This document shows positions 44,522-53,856 of a DNA stretch of 64,000 nucleotides, in pieces. The notes beneath the pieces were generated by a model that was given only the letters and a program-made list of their open reading frames with translations, was not told where the DNA came from and searched no databases. Made by a program: the position numbers and the translations under genes. The stretch comes from Candidatus Coprenecus merdigallinarum (GTDB lineage Bacteria > Bacteroidota > Bacteroidia > Bacteroidales > UBA932): assembly GCA_018712545.1 (NCBI GenBank), contig DVGV01000036.1:26404-90403 (forward strand). The letters are read 5' to 3'. Each line of letters starts with the position of its first letter. Position 1 is the first letter of the stretch.

Positions 44522-45514
44522 ATGAAATCCATCCTCGGAATAGGCAACGCCCTTACCGACATACTCGCAGTGCTCCCCGACGACAGTCTGCTCCGGCAGT
44601 TCCACCTGCCGGTGGGGAGCATGCAGCATGTCGACAAGGAGACAGGCAATAAAATCTGGCAGGTACTCAAGAAAATGGGAGCGCAGTACGTGGCAGGCGG
44701 AGCGGCCGGCAACACCATCACCGGCACCGCCGTGTTCGGAATGCCCTCAGGATTTATCGGCAAGGTAGGAGACGACGAGGTCGGCGCCCTCTACCGCTCG
44801 GACCAGGAGCGCAACGGCATCAAGTCGATACTCCTGACCGGCAGGGAGGACTCCGGAAGAGCCTCCGTCTTCATCACTCCGCCCAACGCCGAAAGGACAT
44901 TCGCCACCTACCTCGGCGCCGCGCTTGAGCTCTGCCCCGAGGACCTGAAGCCGGAGTATTTCACAGGATACGATTATTTCTTCATAGAAGGATACTTAGT
45001 GCAGAACCAGCAGCTCCTGAGGCAGGCCGTCAGGCTTGCCCGGGAGGCCGGCTGCTACATCGCCATAGACATGGCGTCATACAATGTAGTGGAGTCCAAC
45101 GACACCTTCCTACACGACATCGTGGAGCAGTACGTCGACATAGTCTTCGCCAATGAGACCGAGGCCGCAAGCTTCACCCGGCACGCCCCCCGCGAGGCCG
45201 TGGACATTATCGCCGGCATGTGCGACATCGCCGTCGTAAAGATAGGCGCCAAGGGTTCCTACATCAGGAGCGGGGACGAATTCCACCACATCGAAGCCTG
45301 CCCGGCCGATGTCAAGGACGCTACCGGAGCCGGAGACCTGTATGCCGCCGGCTTCCTCTACGCCCATGCGCTGGGTATGCCGCTGGACATCTGCGGGCGC
45401 GTAGGCTCCATCACCGCCTCCAAGGTAGTGGAGGTAGTGGGGCCCAAGATAGACATTCCGCGATGGAAAGCCGCCAAAAGAGAAATACGTGCGCTGATTG
45501 CCGAGAACTTATAA
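44522..45514 (+). CDS. PfkB-family carbohydrate/adenosine kinase
   Basis: GGAAGNT N-terminal motif and DATGAGDLYAAGFLY C-terminal PfkB signature. Confidence 0.85.
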   Translation: MKSILGIGNALTDILAVLPDDSLLRQFHLPVGSMQHVDKETGNKIWQVLKKMGAQYVAGGAAGNTITGTAVFGMPSGFIGKVGDDEVGALYRSDQERNGIKSILLTGREDSGRASVFITPPNAERTFATYLGAALELCPEDLKPEYFTGYDYFFIEGYLVQNQQLLRQAVRLAREAGCYIAIDMASYNVVESNDTFLHDIVEQYVDIVFANETEAASFTRHAPREAVDIIAGMCDIAVVKIGAKGSYIRSGDEFHHIEACPADVKDATGAGDLYAAGFLYAHALGMPLDICGRVGSITASKVVEVVGPKIDIPRWKAAKREIRALIAENL

Positions 45515-47320
45515 TTCCAGCATCTTCTTAACAGGCAACGCTGCCTTCTGAGCTGTCTCGGAGGGCAGCGTTACTGTTTTGCGCGGGTTCTGATGCAGCA
45601 GGGTCTCGAAGAGAGAGAGCAGGGTAACTTTCTTCATATCTCCGCAGATCAGATCTTCCGACAGGGGAATCAGTTCCTTGTCCGGAGCCTCCTGTCTCAG
45701 ACGGTGCATCACTCCGAGTTCCGTAGCTATGACAAACTGCCTGCAGTCCGACTCCCGCACGTGGCGGATGATACCGGATGTAGAATAGAAGAAGCAGCGG
45801 GGATTGCCGGTAATCTTCGGATCACCCGAGCAGGCGGCCTCGGGATGAATGAGAATCTCTGCCTCGGGATATTTCGTCAAAGCCTCCTCTACCAGCCTGG
45901 AGGTAATCCGCTCGTGGACATGACAGCTGCCCTTCCACAAGTCCATCTTCAGGCCCGCCGTAGAATTGACATACGCGCCCAGATTGCGGTCGGGAGCGAA
46001 AAGCACAGGTCTGCCACCGGCCTGGGAGCAGACTGTCCGCGCCACTTCTACAGCATTGGCGGAAGTGCAGCATATATCCGTAGCAGCCTTGGTCTGCGCT
46101 GTCGTATTGACATAGGATATCACCACTCCGTCCGAATGGCGTTTTCTCCACGCATGCAGATCCTCTCCGGTTATGCCGTCCGCCAGGGAACAGCCTGCGT
46201 CAGGGACAGGCAGGAGCACTTTCTTGCCGGGACAGAGCACGGCCGCCGTCTCAGCCATGAAGCGGACTCCGCAGAACACTATGACATCCGCATCTGCTGC
46301 AGCAGCCTTACGCGACAGCTCCAGGGAGTCCCCCACAAAGTCCGCAACATCCTGCACCTCTGCGGGCACATAATAATGAGCCAGTATCACGGCATTGTGC
46401 CTGTGCTTCATCTCCTTTATAGCCTTTGTCAGATATTCCGGAGTAAGCTGGATATTCATACTGATGTCCAAGGCCTTGACGGTGTGCGTAAGAGCTCCGA
46501 CGCTTATGAAGTCTACCCCTGTCTGCGCCACTTCGCGCACCCTGCCGAGAGTCATGTTGCCTGATGCCTCGGTTTTGGCCCTGCCGCCGATAATATTCAC
46601 TGCATCGCGCATCATGGGAGTGGACATATTGTCCAGCATGATGATGTCAGCCCGTGCGTCAAGAGCCTCCTTGACCTCGTCAAGCGTGGTGGCCTCGACC
46701 TCTACCTTTATACTTGAGGGCACCCTGGCACGCACCTGTTCCACGGCCCGGGCTATCGAGCCGGCCATCTTGATGTGGTTGTCCTTGATCATGGCCATGT
46801 CGTACAGTCCCATGCGGTGGTTGGTGCCGCCTCCGTCCTTTACCGCCATCTTGTCGGTGACTCTCATTCCCGGGGCGGTCTTGCGCGTGTCGAGCAGACG
46901 GGTATGCGTGCCCTTGAGCTCAGCCACGTACTTAGCAGTCTCGGTAGCTATACCGGACATCCTCTGAAAAAAGTTAAGTGCCGTCCTCTCCGCCTTGAGC
47001 AGAGCCGGATAGCTGCCTTCCACACGGAGTATCACATCCCCCTTGCTCACCCTGTCCCCGTCATGGAGCATCGGTGTCAGCACTATGTCATTCTGGAAAC
47101 GGCGGAATACCCTTTCCACTATCGGAAGGCCGGAGATGACCCCGTCAGCCTTGGCCGTCATGGTGGCCACTGCCGCTGTAGACTCCGGAATAATCGAGTC
47201 TGTGGTAACGTCTCCCGAGGCTATGTCCTCGTCAATTGCCAGATCTATCAATCTGTCCACCAGTTCTTCCCGGCGGAGCTGCTCTGTCGTCATATCTTTC
47301 TGTATTTTATTGTTGTTCAT
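45509..47320 (-). CDS. nadC/nadA: Fused nicotinate-nucleotide pyrophosphorylase (NadC, N-terminal) and quinolinate synthase (NadA, C-terminal)
   Basis: A single 603-aa ORF. NadC motifs: ERTALNFFQRMSGIAT, DTRKTAPGMR, GGGTNHRMGL, IMLDNM, GALTHTVKALDISMNI. These are followed directly by NadA motifs: NAVILAHYY, ADFVGDSLELS, GVRFMAETA, CCTSANA, GSCHVHE. The start could alternatively be the ATG at 47293. Confidence 0.85.
   Translation of the reverse strand: MNNNKIQKDMTTEQLRREELVDRLIDLAIDEDIASGDVTTDSIIPESTAAVATMTAKADGVISGLPIVERVFRRFQNDIVLTPMLHDGDRVSKGDVILRVEGSYPALLKAERTALNFFQRMSGIATETAKYVAELKGTHTRLLDTRKTAPGMRVTDKMAVKDGGGTNHRMGLYDMAMIKDNHIKMAGSIARAVEQVRARVPSSIKVEVEATTLDEVKEALDARADIIMLDNMSTPMMRDAVNIIGGRAKTEASGNMTLGRVREVAQTGVDFISVGALTHTVKALDISMNIQLTPEYLTKAIKEMKHRHNAVILAHYYVPAEVQDVADFVGDSLELSRKAAAADADVIVFCGVRFMAETAAVLCPGKKVLLPVPDAGCSLADGITGEDLHAWRKRHSDGVVISYVNTTAQTKAATDICCTSANAVEVARTVCSQAGGRPVLFAPDRNLGAYVNSTAGLKMDLWKGSCHVHERITSRLVEEALTKYPEAEILIHPEAACSGDPKITGNPRCFFYSTSGIIRHVRESDCRQFVIATELGVMHRLRQEAPDKELIPLSEDLICGDMKKVTLLSLFETLLHQNPRKTVTLPSETAQKAALPVKKMLEL
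45537..45580 (+). terminator. Possible terminator for the PfkB gene, embedded in the 3' end of the convergent nadC-nadA ORF
   Basis: AACGCTGCC / GGCAGCGTT stem (18-nt loop) followed by ACTGTTTTG. The loop is large, so the call is weak. Confidence 0.3.
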
Positions 47321-48872
47321 TTACTTTTCTGGTAGACAGCTTTTCTCCTGCCCGCTGCACTGTATGCACTGCAAACTCTTCCCGCAACTGCGGATAGTCC
47401 TCCCTGTAATGCCCTCCGCGGCTCTCCCTGCGGAAACGGGCGCCGGTCATAATCAGCCGTGCCACTGTCAGCAGCTTGCGTGAAGCCTCGTCATAGTACT
47501 CGTTCCGCTCGGATCCCAGTTCCCTCAGTTCTTTCTTCACCAGATTGAGACCCGTGGAGAGCAGCAGCTCCGAACGGATGATGCCGGAACAGTTGTTCAT
47601 CATGTGGGCAATCTGCCGCTTGAGGGCGAAATACCTCTCCGCCTGCGATTCATCCTTATGATAAAGCTTCGCGAAATGAGGAATCCTGTCCAGAGGGCCG
47701 GCCTCGACCGACCTCTCTATGGCCCTGCGCCCGAATACGAGGCACTCTATCAAAGAATTGGAAGCCAAGCGGTTGGCTCCCATTATACCGGTGGAGGCAA
47801 TCTCTCCGCACACATAAAGCCGGCTTATATCGGAGCGTCCCCACAGATCCGAGGCCACCCCTCCCACGGTGTAATGAGCTGCAGGGGCGACCGGTATCCT
47901 GTCGGTAAGGTCGTATCCATACTCAGCGCACTTTGCCAGGATATTGGGGAAACGGCTGCGGATCTTCTCCGGATCCAGATGCTTCAGGGACAATTCCACA
48001 TACGGTCTGTCATCCAGAGCCATCTGCTTGAATATCGACCGGGCCACTATATCCCTCGGAGCCAGCTCCGCCAGCTCGTGTATGGGAAGCATGAAGCGCC
48101 TTCCTTCCTTGTCCAGCAGGTATGCGCCCTCTCCCCTCACCGCCTCACTTATAAGGAATGCCTTCGGTGAGTCCTCTATATACAGGGATGTAGGATGGAA
48201 CTGGATAAACTCCATGTCGACTATCCGGCAGCCGGCCTTGTAGGCCATGGCTATACCGTCTCCTATCGTAGTCTCAGGATTGGTGGTTCGGGTATAGATG
48301 GCGGAAGTACCTCCTGAGGTCAGGAAGGTGTGCTCTGCATAGATAAGTTCCTCGCATCCTTTCTCCTCGTCCCAGCAGCGCACCCCATAGCAGACCCCGT
48401 CCTCAGTCAGAAAGTCGATTACCGACATGTTCTCCCTTATCGTTATATTCGGATCGGACTGCACCTTCGATATCAGGAACTCCGTGATATAACGGCCTGT
48501 GGAATCTCCTCCGGCATGGAGAATGCGCTTACGGTGATGCCCGCCCTCCAGACCGAGGGACAGCTTTCCGTTCTCGGTGTCGAACTTCATGCCCTCCGCG
48601 ATAATCTCCTTGATGCGCTGCGGTCCCTCCTGCACCAGCACCTCCACCGCCCTGTTCTCGCACAGGCCGCGCCCTGCGATAACGGTATCGGTAAAATGAA
48701 TCTCGGGATTGTCCTCTATATCGGTAACTGCGGCTATCCCGCCCTGGGCATTGTAGGAGTTGCTGTCCCTCAGGGCCTTTTTAGTGACCACCAGAACAGG
48801 ACCGTAAGCCGATGCCTTATGAGCGGCATACAGTCCCGCCAATCCGGAGCCTATGACCAAATATTTCCACAT
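47307..48872 (-). CDS. nadB: L-aspartate oxidase
   Basis: VIGSGLAGL FAD motif, HYTVGG and RFRRESRGGHYRED. The ATG at 48872 is preferred, because the longer ORF would run into tsaE. Confidence 0.9.
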   Translation of the reverse strand: MWKYLVIGSGLAGLYAAHKASAYGPVLVVTKKALRDSNSYNAQGGIAAVTDIEDNPEIHFTDTVIAGRGLCENRAVEVLVQEGPQRIKEIIAEGMKFDTENGKLSLGLEGGHHRKRILHAGGDSTGRYITEFLISKVQSDPNITIRENMSVIDFLTEDGVCYGVRCWDEEKGCEELIYAEHTFLTSGGTSAIYTRTTNPETTIGDGIAMAYKAGCRIVDMEFIQFHPTSLYIEDSPKAFLISEAVRGEGAYLLDKEGRRFMLPIHELAELAPRDIVARSIFKQMALDDRPYVELSLKHLDPEKIRSRFPNILAKCAEYGYDLTDRIPVAPAAHYTVGGVASDLWGRSDISRLYVCGEIASTGIMGANRLASNSLIECLVFGRRAIERSVEAGPLDRIPHFAKLYHKDESQAERYFALKRQIAHMMNNCSGIIRSELLLSTGLNLVKKELRELGSERNEYYDEASRKLLTVARLIMTGARFRRESRGGHYREDYPQLREEFAVHTVQRAGEKLSTRKVNEQQ

Positions 48873-48897
48873 ATCAGCTGTTATTTCAATTTCAATA

Positions 48898-49311
48898 TCA
48901 GAACGTAACAGTACGGGAACCGTCCTCTTCCTCGACAATGCTCACTCTCAGAACATCCTCCGGCAACAGTTCCTCTATCTTCTCTGGCCACTCCATAAGG
49001 CATATCCCGCCGCTGTCGAGATACTCTTCATAGCCGATATCCAGTACCTCGGACAGCTTCTCTATCCTATAAAAATCAAAATGGAACACCGGCGTACCGT
49101 CCGAAGCGCGGTACTCGTTGACGATAGTGAACGTCGGACTGGCGACCTCGTCCCCTACACCGAGGACCGAGCATACAGCCGAGATGAAAGTCGTCTTACC
49201 GGCACCCATCCGGCCGTAAAAAGCATAGACCGTCACTCCTTGCGTCTGACGCAGGAACTCACGGGCAGCATCTTCTATGCAGGAGATATTCTGAATACTG
49301 ATTTTTCCCAT
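48898..49311 (-). CDS. tsaE: tRNA t6A37 biosynthesis ATPase TsaE
   Basis: GRMGAGKTTF P-loop, SPTFTIVNEY motif, 137 aa. Confidence 0.9.
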   Translation of the reverse strand: MGKISIQNISCIEDAAREFLRQTQGVTVYAFYGRMGAGKTTFISAVCSVLGVGDEVASPTFTIVNEYRASDGTPVFHFDFYRIEKLSEVLDIGYEEYLDSGGICLMEWPEKIEELLPEDVLRVSIVEEEDGSRTVTF

Positions 49312-49334
49312 ACCTGTAGTATAAAGATGTAAAA

Positions 49335-50870
49335 TTAAACATTTTCCGGGAATCTGTACTGCACGGCCTCCGAAATATGCTCAATTTTTATCTCGTCAGA
49401 CCCGGCCATGTCCGCTATCGTCCGGGCAACCTTCAGGACCCTCACGTAACCGCGGGCCGAAAGACGGTAGCTGTCCATCAATTTCTGCAGGAATGCCGAC
49501 TCTTTTTTCCCCACCACACAATAACGGCGGATATGGGATGGAAGCATCTCCGAATTGGTGTGTACTGCCTCTCCTGTAAAACGGCGGTTCTGCACCTCTC
49601 TTGCCGCCGCAACCCTGCGTGCAATATCCCGGCTTGACTCCTGGCGGGGAAAGGCGGACATCATAGCGCTGTCCACAGCCTTGACGTTGATATTAAGATC
49701 TATACGGTCAAGCAATGGACCTGAGATGCGGGCCCGGTAGCGGTGTATAGCCGACGGGGAACAGGTACAGCGTCCGTCATCCTCGCCGGCATAGCCGCAA
49801 GGACAGGGGTTCATGGATGCCACCAGCATAAAGGACGCGGGATAGGATATCCTGTATCTGGCCCTGGAAATGACAATCCTGCGGTCCTCGAGAGGCTGGC
49901 GGAGGACATCCAGGGTAGACGGGGCAAATTCGGCCACCTCGTCGAGACAGAGCACGCCATTGTGAGCCAAGGATATCTCTCCGGGCATAGCCTTTACTCC
50001 CCCGCCCACTACCGCCACCGTACTGGCCGTGTGGTGAGGTGAGCGGAAAGGCCTGTAAGTAAGCAGTCCCGAATCATCGCGGATCAGACCCGCCACGGAA
50101 TATATCATGCTGGTCTCAACGGCCTCTTCCCTTGTCATCGGAGGAAGAATAGAGGCGAGACACTTGGACATCAGGCTCTTGCCCGAACCGGGAGGACCGA
50201 AAAGAAGCACATTGTGCCCTCCCGACGCAGCTATTTCCAGTCCCCGTCTGGCGAATGGCTGACCGGCCACATCCGCGAAATCACAGCTGCCCGGCCCGAC
50301 AGACGGACTGTAGATCCTCCGCCGCACCTCGAATGCAGCAGCCCCGTCCCCTCCTGCAAGCACTGTAGCCATCTCCTGCAGGTCCGAGACACCGAAGACA
50401 CGCACTCCTTCTGCCCATGAAGCCTCCTGCGCCGATTCCCTGGGGAAAACCAGGCGGTCATATCCCATCCCGGCCGCATTGACAGCAATCGGAAGTGCGC
50501 CTCTGACCCTGCGGAGTCTCCCGTCCAGCGAAAGCTCGCCCATAATCAGATAACGCTCCGGCTCCGGAAAAAACATCTGGCCCGAAGCCGCCAGCATTGC
50601 GACAGCTATCGCCGCATCATAGCCCGACCCCTCCTTCCTGATGTCCGCGGGAGCCATATTGACCACTGTTTTTCTGCCCGGTATGCTGAATCCGTTGCGC
50701 TGCATGGCGGTCGTAACCCTCAGCAGGGATTCCCGCACCGCATTGTCCGGCAGTCCTATCAGAAAAATACCGACACCGGAGGTTATTGACACCTCCACAG
50801 TCACTCTAACTACATCCACGCCGATGCACGTAGCGCTGTATGTCCTGTACAGATTTCCTCCATTGTTCAT
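49335..50870 (-). CDS. YifB/ComM-family Mg-chelatase-like ATPase
   Basis: Lon-protease-like N-domain, LLFGPPGSGKS Walker A, and a Zn-ribbon-like insertion CPCGYAG..CTC; 511 aa. Confidence 0.9.
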   Translation of the reverse strand: MNNGGNLYRTYSATCIGVDVVRVTVEVSITSGVGIFLIGLPDNAVRESLLRVTTAMQRNGFSIPGRKTVVNMAPADIRKEGSGYDAAIAVAMLAASGQMFFPEPERYLIMGELSLDGRLRRVRGALPIAVNAAGMGYDRLVFPRESAQEASWAEGVRVFGVSDLQEMATVLAGGDGAAAFEVRRRIYSPSVGPGSCDFADVAGQPFARRGLEIAASGGHNVLLFGPPGSGKSLMSKCLASILPPMTREEAVETSMIYSVAGLIRDDSGLLTYRPFRSPHHTASTVAVVGGGVKAMPGEISLAHNGVLCLDEVAEFAPSTLDVLRQPLEDRRIVISRARYRISYPASFMLVASMNPCPCGYAGEDDGRCTCSPSAIHRYRARISGPLLDRIDLNINVKAVDSAMMSAFPRQESSRDIARRVAAAREVQNRRFTGEAVHTNSEMLPSHIRRYCVVGKKESAFLQKLMDSYRLSARGYVRVLKVARTIADMAGSDEIKIEHISEAVQYRFPENV

Positions 50871-50988
50871 CCTTATAGTGTTTTACCGGATGCTAAGTTA
50901 TACGCCTGCAGGCGGAGATACAACAGGGGGACAGCTGAAATTTTACAGAACGTGCCGTTTTAAAAAAAGATTACACGATTTTAAAAAA

Positions 50989-52257
50989 CTACCCTTTTTT
51001 AAAAATCTGCTCCATTATTTTATCAGAGGCACCGAGATGGCTCTCGACATACTGCGTGCATATAAGCGAAGGACGCTCCAGAGACTCCGGTGCACTGAGC
51101 CATGTCTCCAGCAACGGGACAAGTTCCTTCCAGGAAGATATGCAGAACGCTCCTCCGAGCGAGACAAGATCCTTAGCCTCCTGGAATTTCCCATAGTGAG
51201 GTCCGAATATGACAGGACAGCCGTAGATTGCAGCCTCCAGGATATTGTGGATTCCGCTTCCTGAGAAACCTCCGCCGATATAGGCGAAGCTCCCGTACTT
51301 ATAAATCCTGGAAAGCATACCTACAGTGTCCACGACCAGGATATCGGCCGCCTCCGCACTCTCTTTCCAGTATTCCCGGGCTTTCCCCGCGCATTCGGAA
51401 TAGAGGATGACCGAATAGTCCGAAAACATCTCGAGAATACGCCTGATGTGAGAAGGACGCACCTCATGCGGCACGAGTATCAGCTTGAAACCGGAAAGTT
51501 TCCTAAGTGCCCTGGAAATCACATATTCGTCCTCGTCCCATGTGCTTCCCGCCACCCAGGCCCCGTAACCGCTGATAAAACACTCCAGAACCTCGCTGTG
51601 AAGGTCGTTGTGACGGCATACCGCCTCCACCTGGTCAAAACGGGTGTCGCCTGCGATGACGGCGTTGTCAATACCTATAGCGGCCAACAGCCTGCGGGAC
51701 TCCTCGTTCTGGACAAAGGGCACGGTATAGGCGCGCAGTGCCTTGCGCATGAAAGAGCCGTACCAGTGGAAGAAAATCTGTCCTGGACGGAAAATAGCGG
51801 AAATGATGTAGGTTCTGACATTCCTTTGACTTAGGGATGTGAGATAGTTGTACCAGAACTCATATTTTACGAATATGGCTATCGACGGCCGGACTATGTC
51901 AAGAAAACGGCGTACATTGCGCCTGGTATCCATCGGCAGATAGAACACGGAATCGGCGAAACGGTAATCCTTCCGCAGCCTGTATCCGGAAGGTGAGAAA
52001 AAGGTCAGGACAATAAATTTTTCCGGAGCACTTTCCTTGAGCCGTTCTATCAGAGGGCGCGCCTGCTCAAATTCCCCTACCGACGAGCAATGAAACCACA
52101 CCGTATCGCGGTCCCCGCGACTTCTCATTCCCTCTGCGACTCTCCTGATGAGGTGTTTCCTCCCCGAGACAAATTCCGCAGCCTTGGAATTGAAGAGCCC
52201 CGCGACCCTTGCTCCGAGAAAATAGAAGTATATACCTAAGTTGTAAAAAAATTCCAC
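50989..52257 (-). CDS. waaA: 3-deoxy-D-manno-octulosonic acid (Kdo) transferase
   Basis: WFHCSSVGEFEQARPLIERLK signature. It apparently uses a GTG start at 52257. Confidence 0.85.
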   Translation of the reverse strand: MEFFYNLGIYFYFLGARVAGLFNSKAAEFVSGRKHLIRRVAEGMRSRGDRDTVWFHCSSVGEFEQARPLIERLKESAPEKFIVLTFFSPSGYRLRKDYRFADSVFYLPMDTRRNVRRFLDIVRPSIAIFVKYEFWYNYLTSLSQRNVRTYIISAIFRPGQIFFHWYGSFMRKALRAYTVPFVQNEESRRLLAAIGIDNAVIAGDTRFDQVEAVCRHNDLHSEVLECFISGYGAWVAGSTWDEDEYVISRALRKLSGFKLILVPHEVRPSHIRRILEMFSDYSVILYSECAGKAREYWKESAEAADILVVDTVGMLSRIYKYGSFAYIGGGFSGSGIHNILEAAIYGCPVIFGPHYGKFQEAKDLVSLGGAFCISSWKELVPLLETWLSAPESLERPSLICTQYVESHLGASDKIMEQIFKKG

Positions 52258-52274
52258 GCCCTTAAATTTGGGCG

Positions 52275-52282
52275 CAAATGTA
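52275..52282 (-). promoter_or_regulatory. Bacteroidota -7 box (TACATTTG) for waaA
   Basis: Exact TAnnTTTG on the minus strand, 18 nt upstream of the GTG start. Confidence 0.45.
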
Positions 52283-52303
52283 TAAACAAAAACCTAAAAT
52301 TAG

Positions 52304-52311
52304 TACCTTTG
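52304..52311 (+). promoter_or_regulatory. Bacteroidota -7 box (TACCTTTG) for mlaEF
   Basis: Exact TAnnTTTG 29 nt upstream of the TTG start at 52340. Confidence 0.5.
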
Positions 52312-52339
52312 GGACCAAGTTTCAAAACCGGCGTTTATT

Positions 52340-53083
52340 TTGATCAGACATTTCCTATATGTTACAGGCAGGTACCTGCTCTTCCTGAGGCAGGTTTTCA
52401 GAAGACCTGAGAAGTGGAGGCTCACTATCAGGCAGTTCTTCGTCGAAGCCGGCAAACTGGTCATAGGCTCCATCCCGCTGACAGCACTCATATCCGTTTT
52501 CATCGGCGCCGTTCTGGTCATACAGACCGCCAACAACATGACTTCACCCATGCTGCCGAAAATGTATATCGGATACATGACCCGCGAGTCCCTGATTCTG
52601 GAATTCTGCTCGACCATGGTATGCCTCATCCTGGCAGGCAAGATAGGATCCAACATCTCCTCTGAGATAGGTACGATGCGCATTACCGAGCAGATTGACG
52701 CAATGGAGATGATGGGTATCAACTCTGCCAGCTACCTGGTAATGCCCAAGATACTGTCCACCACCCTGCTCAACCCCCTGCTCACCCTCATGAGCTTCAT
52801 CATGGGGCTGCTCGGAGGCTACCTCATCATAGCCCTCACCGGGATGATAAAGATAAGCGACTACCTCGACGGCATACGGTTTGCCTTCAACGGTTACTAT
52901 ATCACTTACAGCCTGATCAAGACAGCCGTGTTCAGCTTCATCATCAGCTCCGTCTCGGCATTCTACGGCTACTACGCCGGCGGCGGCTCCCTCGGAGTAG
53001 GGCGGTCGGCCACTACGGCCATCGTTGTCTCCAGCGCTCTGATATTGATTTTCAACCTCATCCTCACCCGGATCATGCTATGA
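52340..53083 (+). CDS. mlaE: MlaE-family ABC transporter permease
   Basis: YVTGRYLLFLRQVFRRPEKWRL.. N-terminus and 5-6 TM segments typical of MlaE/Ttg2B. TTG start, as no in-frame ATG is available nearby. Confidence 0.8.
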   Translation: MIRHFLYVTGRYLLFLRQVFRRPEKWRLTIRQFFVEAGKLVIGSIPLTALISVFIGAVLVIQTANNMTSPMLPKMYIGYMTRESLILEFCSTMVCLILAGKIGSNISSEIGTMRITEQIDAMEMMGINSASYLVMPKILSTTLLNPLLTLMSFIMGLLGGYLIIALTGMIKISDYLDGIRFAFNGYYITYSLIKTAVFSFIISSVSAFYGYYAGGGSLGVGRSATTAIVVSSALILIFNLILTRIML

Positions 53084-53856
53084 TCACAGTCCGTCATCTC
53101 ACAAAATATTACAATGGACAGCCGGCCGTCAAGGACTTTTCTGTAGAATACCTCCCGGGGCAATGCTCGCTTGTCATCGGTGCCAGCGGTTCCGGAAAGA
53201 CAGTACTGCTCAAATCCACTGTAGGTCTGCAGGACCCGGACGAGGGAGAGGTACTTTTCGACGGAACGGTCTTCAACCGCCTGAGCCCAAAGGAGAAAAA
53301 AAAGATACACAGCTGCATGGGAATGCTCTTCCAGGGCAGTGCCCTCTTCGATTTCGCCACCGCAATGGAGAATGTGATGTTTCCCCTGGAATTTTTCTCG
53401 AATATGAACCGGAAAGAAAAAATTGAGAGGGCACGCTTCTGCCTGCACCGTGTCGGACTGGACGGCGTGGATGACAAGTATCCGTCCGAACTGTCGGGCG
53501 GAATGCAGAAAAGAGTCGGCATAGCGCGGGCCATCGCCCTCAACCCAAAGTACCTGTTCTGCGACGAGCCCAACTCGGGTCTGGACCCAAGGACCTCCGT
53601 CATGATAGACCGATTGATTCAGGAGATAACCCGGGAATACAACATCACTACCGTCATCAACACCCATGACATGAACTCAGTCATGGAGATAGGTGACAAA
53701 GTGGTGTTCATCCACAAAGGGGAAAAGTGCTGGGAAGGCTCGAAGGACAACATCATGACTTCCGAGTGCAGCGAACTGGACGAGTTCATCTTCTCATCCC
53801 GCATGGCCCATGAGCTCAAGATCCGATATGAAAGCGGAAACCCATCTGAAGGCTGA
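53080..53856 (+). CDS. mlaF: MlaF-family ABC transporter ATP-binding protein
   Basis: GASGSGKT Walker A, LSGGMQKRV signature, LFCDEPNSGLD Walker B. Confidence 0.9.
   Translation: MITVRHLTKYYNGQPAVKDFSVEYLPGQCSLVIGASGSGKTVLLKSTVGLQDPDEGEVLFDGTVFNRLSPKEKKKIHSCMGMLFQGSALFDFATAMENVMFPLEFFSNMNRKEKIERARFCLHRVGLDGVDDKYPSELSGGMQKRVGIARAIALNPKYLFCDEPNSGLDPRTSVMIDRLIQEITREYNITTVINTHDMNSVMEIGDKVVFIHKGEKCWEGSKDNIMTSECSELDEFIFSSRMAHELKIRYESGNPSEG

Noticed and set aside
45509-45514. The convergent PfkB and nadC-nadA genes share the palindrome TTATAA, so their stop codons overlap.
   Set aside because: This is a curiosity of tight packing. It has no functional implication I can support.
50903-50914. The perfect 12-nt palindrome CGCCTGCAGGCG, and a CGGCACG..-like string, in the waaA / comM-like intergenic region.
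   Set aside because: The palindrome is too short and isolated to mean more than a possible weak hairpin or PstI-type site. The CGGCACG string has no TTGC at the -12 spacing, so it is not a sigma-54 promoter.
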